From Podarcis pityusensis (lineage: Eukaryota), in NCBI GenBank assembly GCA_964106645.2, contig OZ067047.1: a stretch of DNA of 64,000 nt; one strand, written 5' to 3'. The position numbers and the translations under genes were made by a program. The notes under the pieces are model-generated. The model worked only from the letters and a program-made list of their open reading frames with translations. It searched no databases and was not told where the DNA came from. Positions 63,352 through 64,000 of the stretch are shown here, piece by piece (the first letter of the stretch is position 1; every line of letters begins with the position of its first letter).

Positions 63352-63699
63352 GGGACGTGGGTGGTGCTGTGGGTTAAACCACAAAGCCTAGGACTTGCCG
63401 ATCAGAAGGTCGGAGGTTTGAATCCCCGTGACGGGGTGAGCTCCCGTTGCTCGGTCCCTGCTCCTGCCAACCTAGCAGTTTGAAAGCACATCAAGTGCAA
63501 GTAGATAAATAGGTACCGCTCCAGCGGGAAGGTAAACGGCGTTTCTGATTGCTGCTCTGGTTCACCAGAAGCGGCATAGTCATGCTAGCCACATGAGCTG
63601 TACGCCGGCTGCCTCGGCCAATAAAACAAGATGAGCGCCGCAACCCCAGAGTTGGCCACGACTGGACCTAATGCTCAGGGGTCCCTTTACCTTTACCTT
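63352..63699 (+). mobile_element. Sauria SINE, full length
   Basis: tRNA-like head, (ACCTTT)n tail; TSD TACTTAAAGGT at 63338-63348 and 63700-63710. Confidence 0.94.
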
Positions 63700-63967
63700 T
63701 ACTTAAAGGTTGGGGGCGGGGAGGTGACATGTGCATGGTGGGAGGGGAATCAACAACTGGCACTCAGACAAAGGTGAAGTTCAGCCTTTCATTGGAACTT
63801 GGCTTAAAAAAATAGGAAGCTCAAACCAGAAAATTGTGATTTAAGGCCTTGTGGAAACCCAAACCAAACATGTCTTGCAATCTAAGTTCATAGGGAGATC
63901 TTGAAACACCATTTCCCAGTTCAAATAACACAGTAAACAGTGTGTTCTGAAGCCAGACATAGGAAGA

Positions 63968-63970
<3 letters not shown>

Positions 63971-64000
<30 letters not shown>
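63971..64000. repeat. (AAT)n microsatellite running off the window end
   Basis: Direct inspection. Confidence 0.95.

Overview
Eukaryotic (vertebrate) genomic DNA, almost certainly a squamate and probably a lacertid lizard, judged from four Sauria-type SINEs and a Bov-B LINE fragment. The window holds the conserved ERC1-RAD52-WNK1 block. ERC1 5' end is on the minus strand (first coding exon, CDS 1776-2444). A CpG-island promoter at about 9.8-11.4 kb apparently serves both ERC1 and RAD52. RAD52 is complete on the plus strand (11 coding exons, 15710-26451, 1209 nt, 402 aa). The 3' part of WNK1 runs convergently on the minus strand (exons 10-28 by mammalian numbering, plus two small cassette exons). 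Exon boundaries were derived by hand from GT-AG sites and phase continuity; homology statements rest on recalled mammalian sequences, not a search. I found no convincing wholly new system. The best leads are regulatory: apparent loss of both NEDD4-2 PY motifs in WNK1 exons 11/12, a possible hidden exon with an RBFOX cluster and a structured poly(A) signal in WNK1 intron 19, Cys/basic cassette exons carrying an RVxF motif, a transposon-supplied intronic poly(A) signal in RAD52, a miR-192/215 site, and a perfect 25-bp palindrome.
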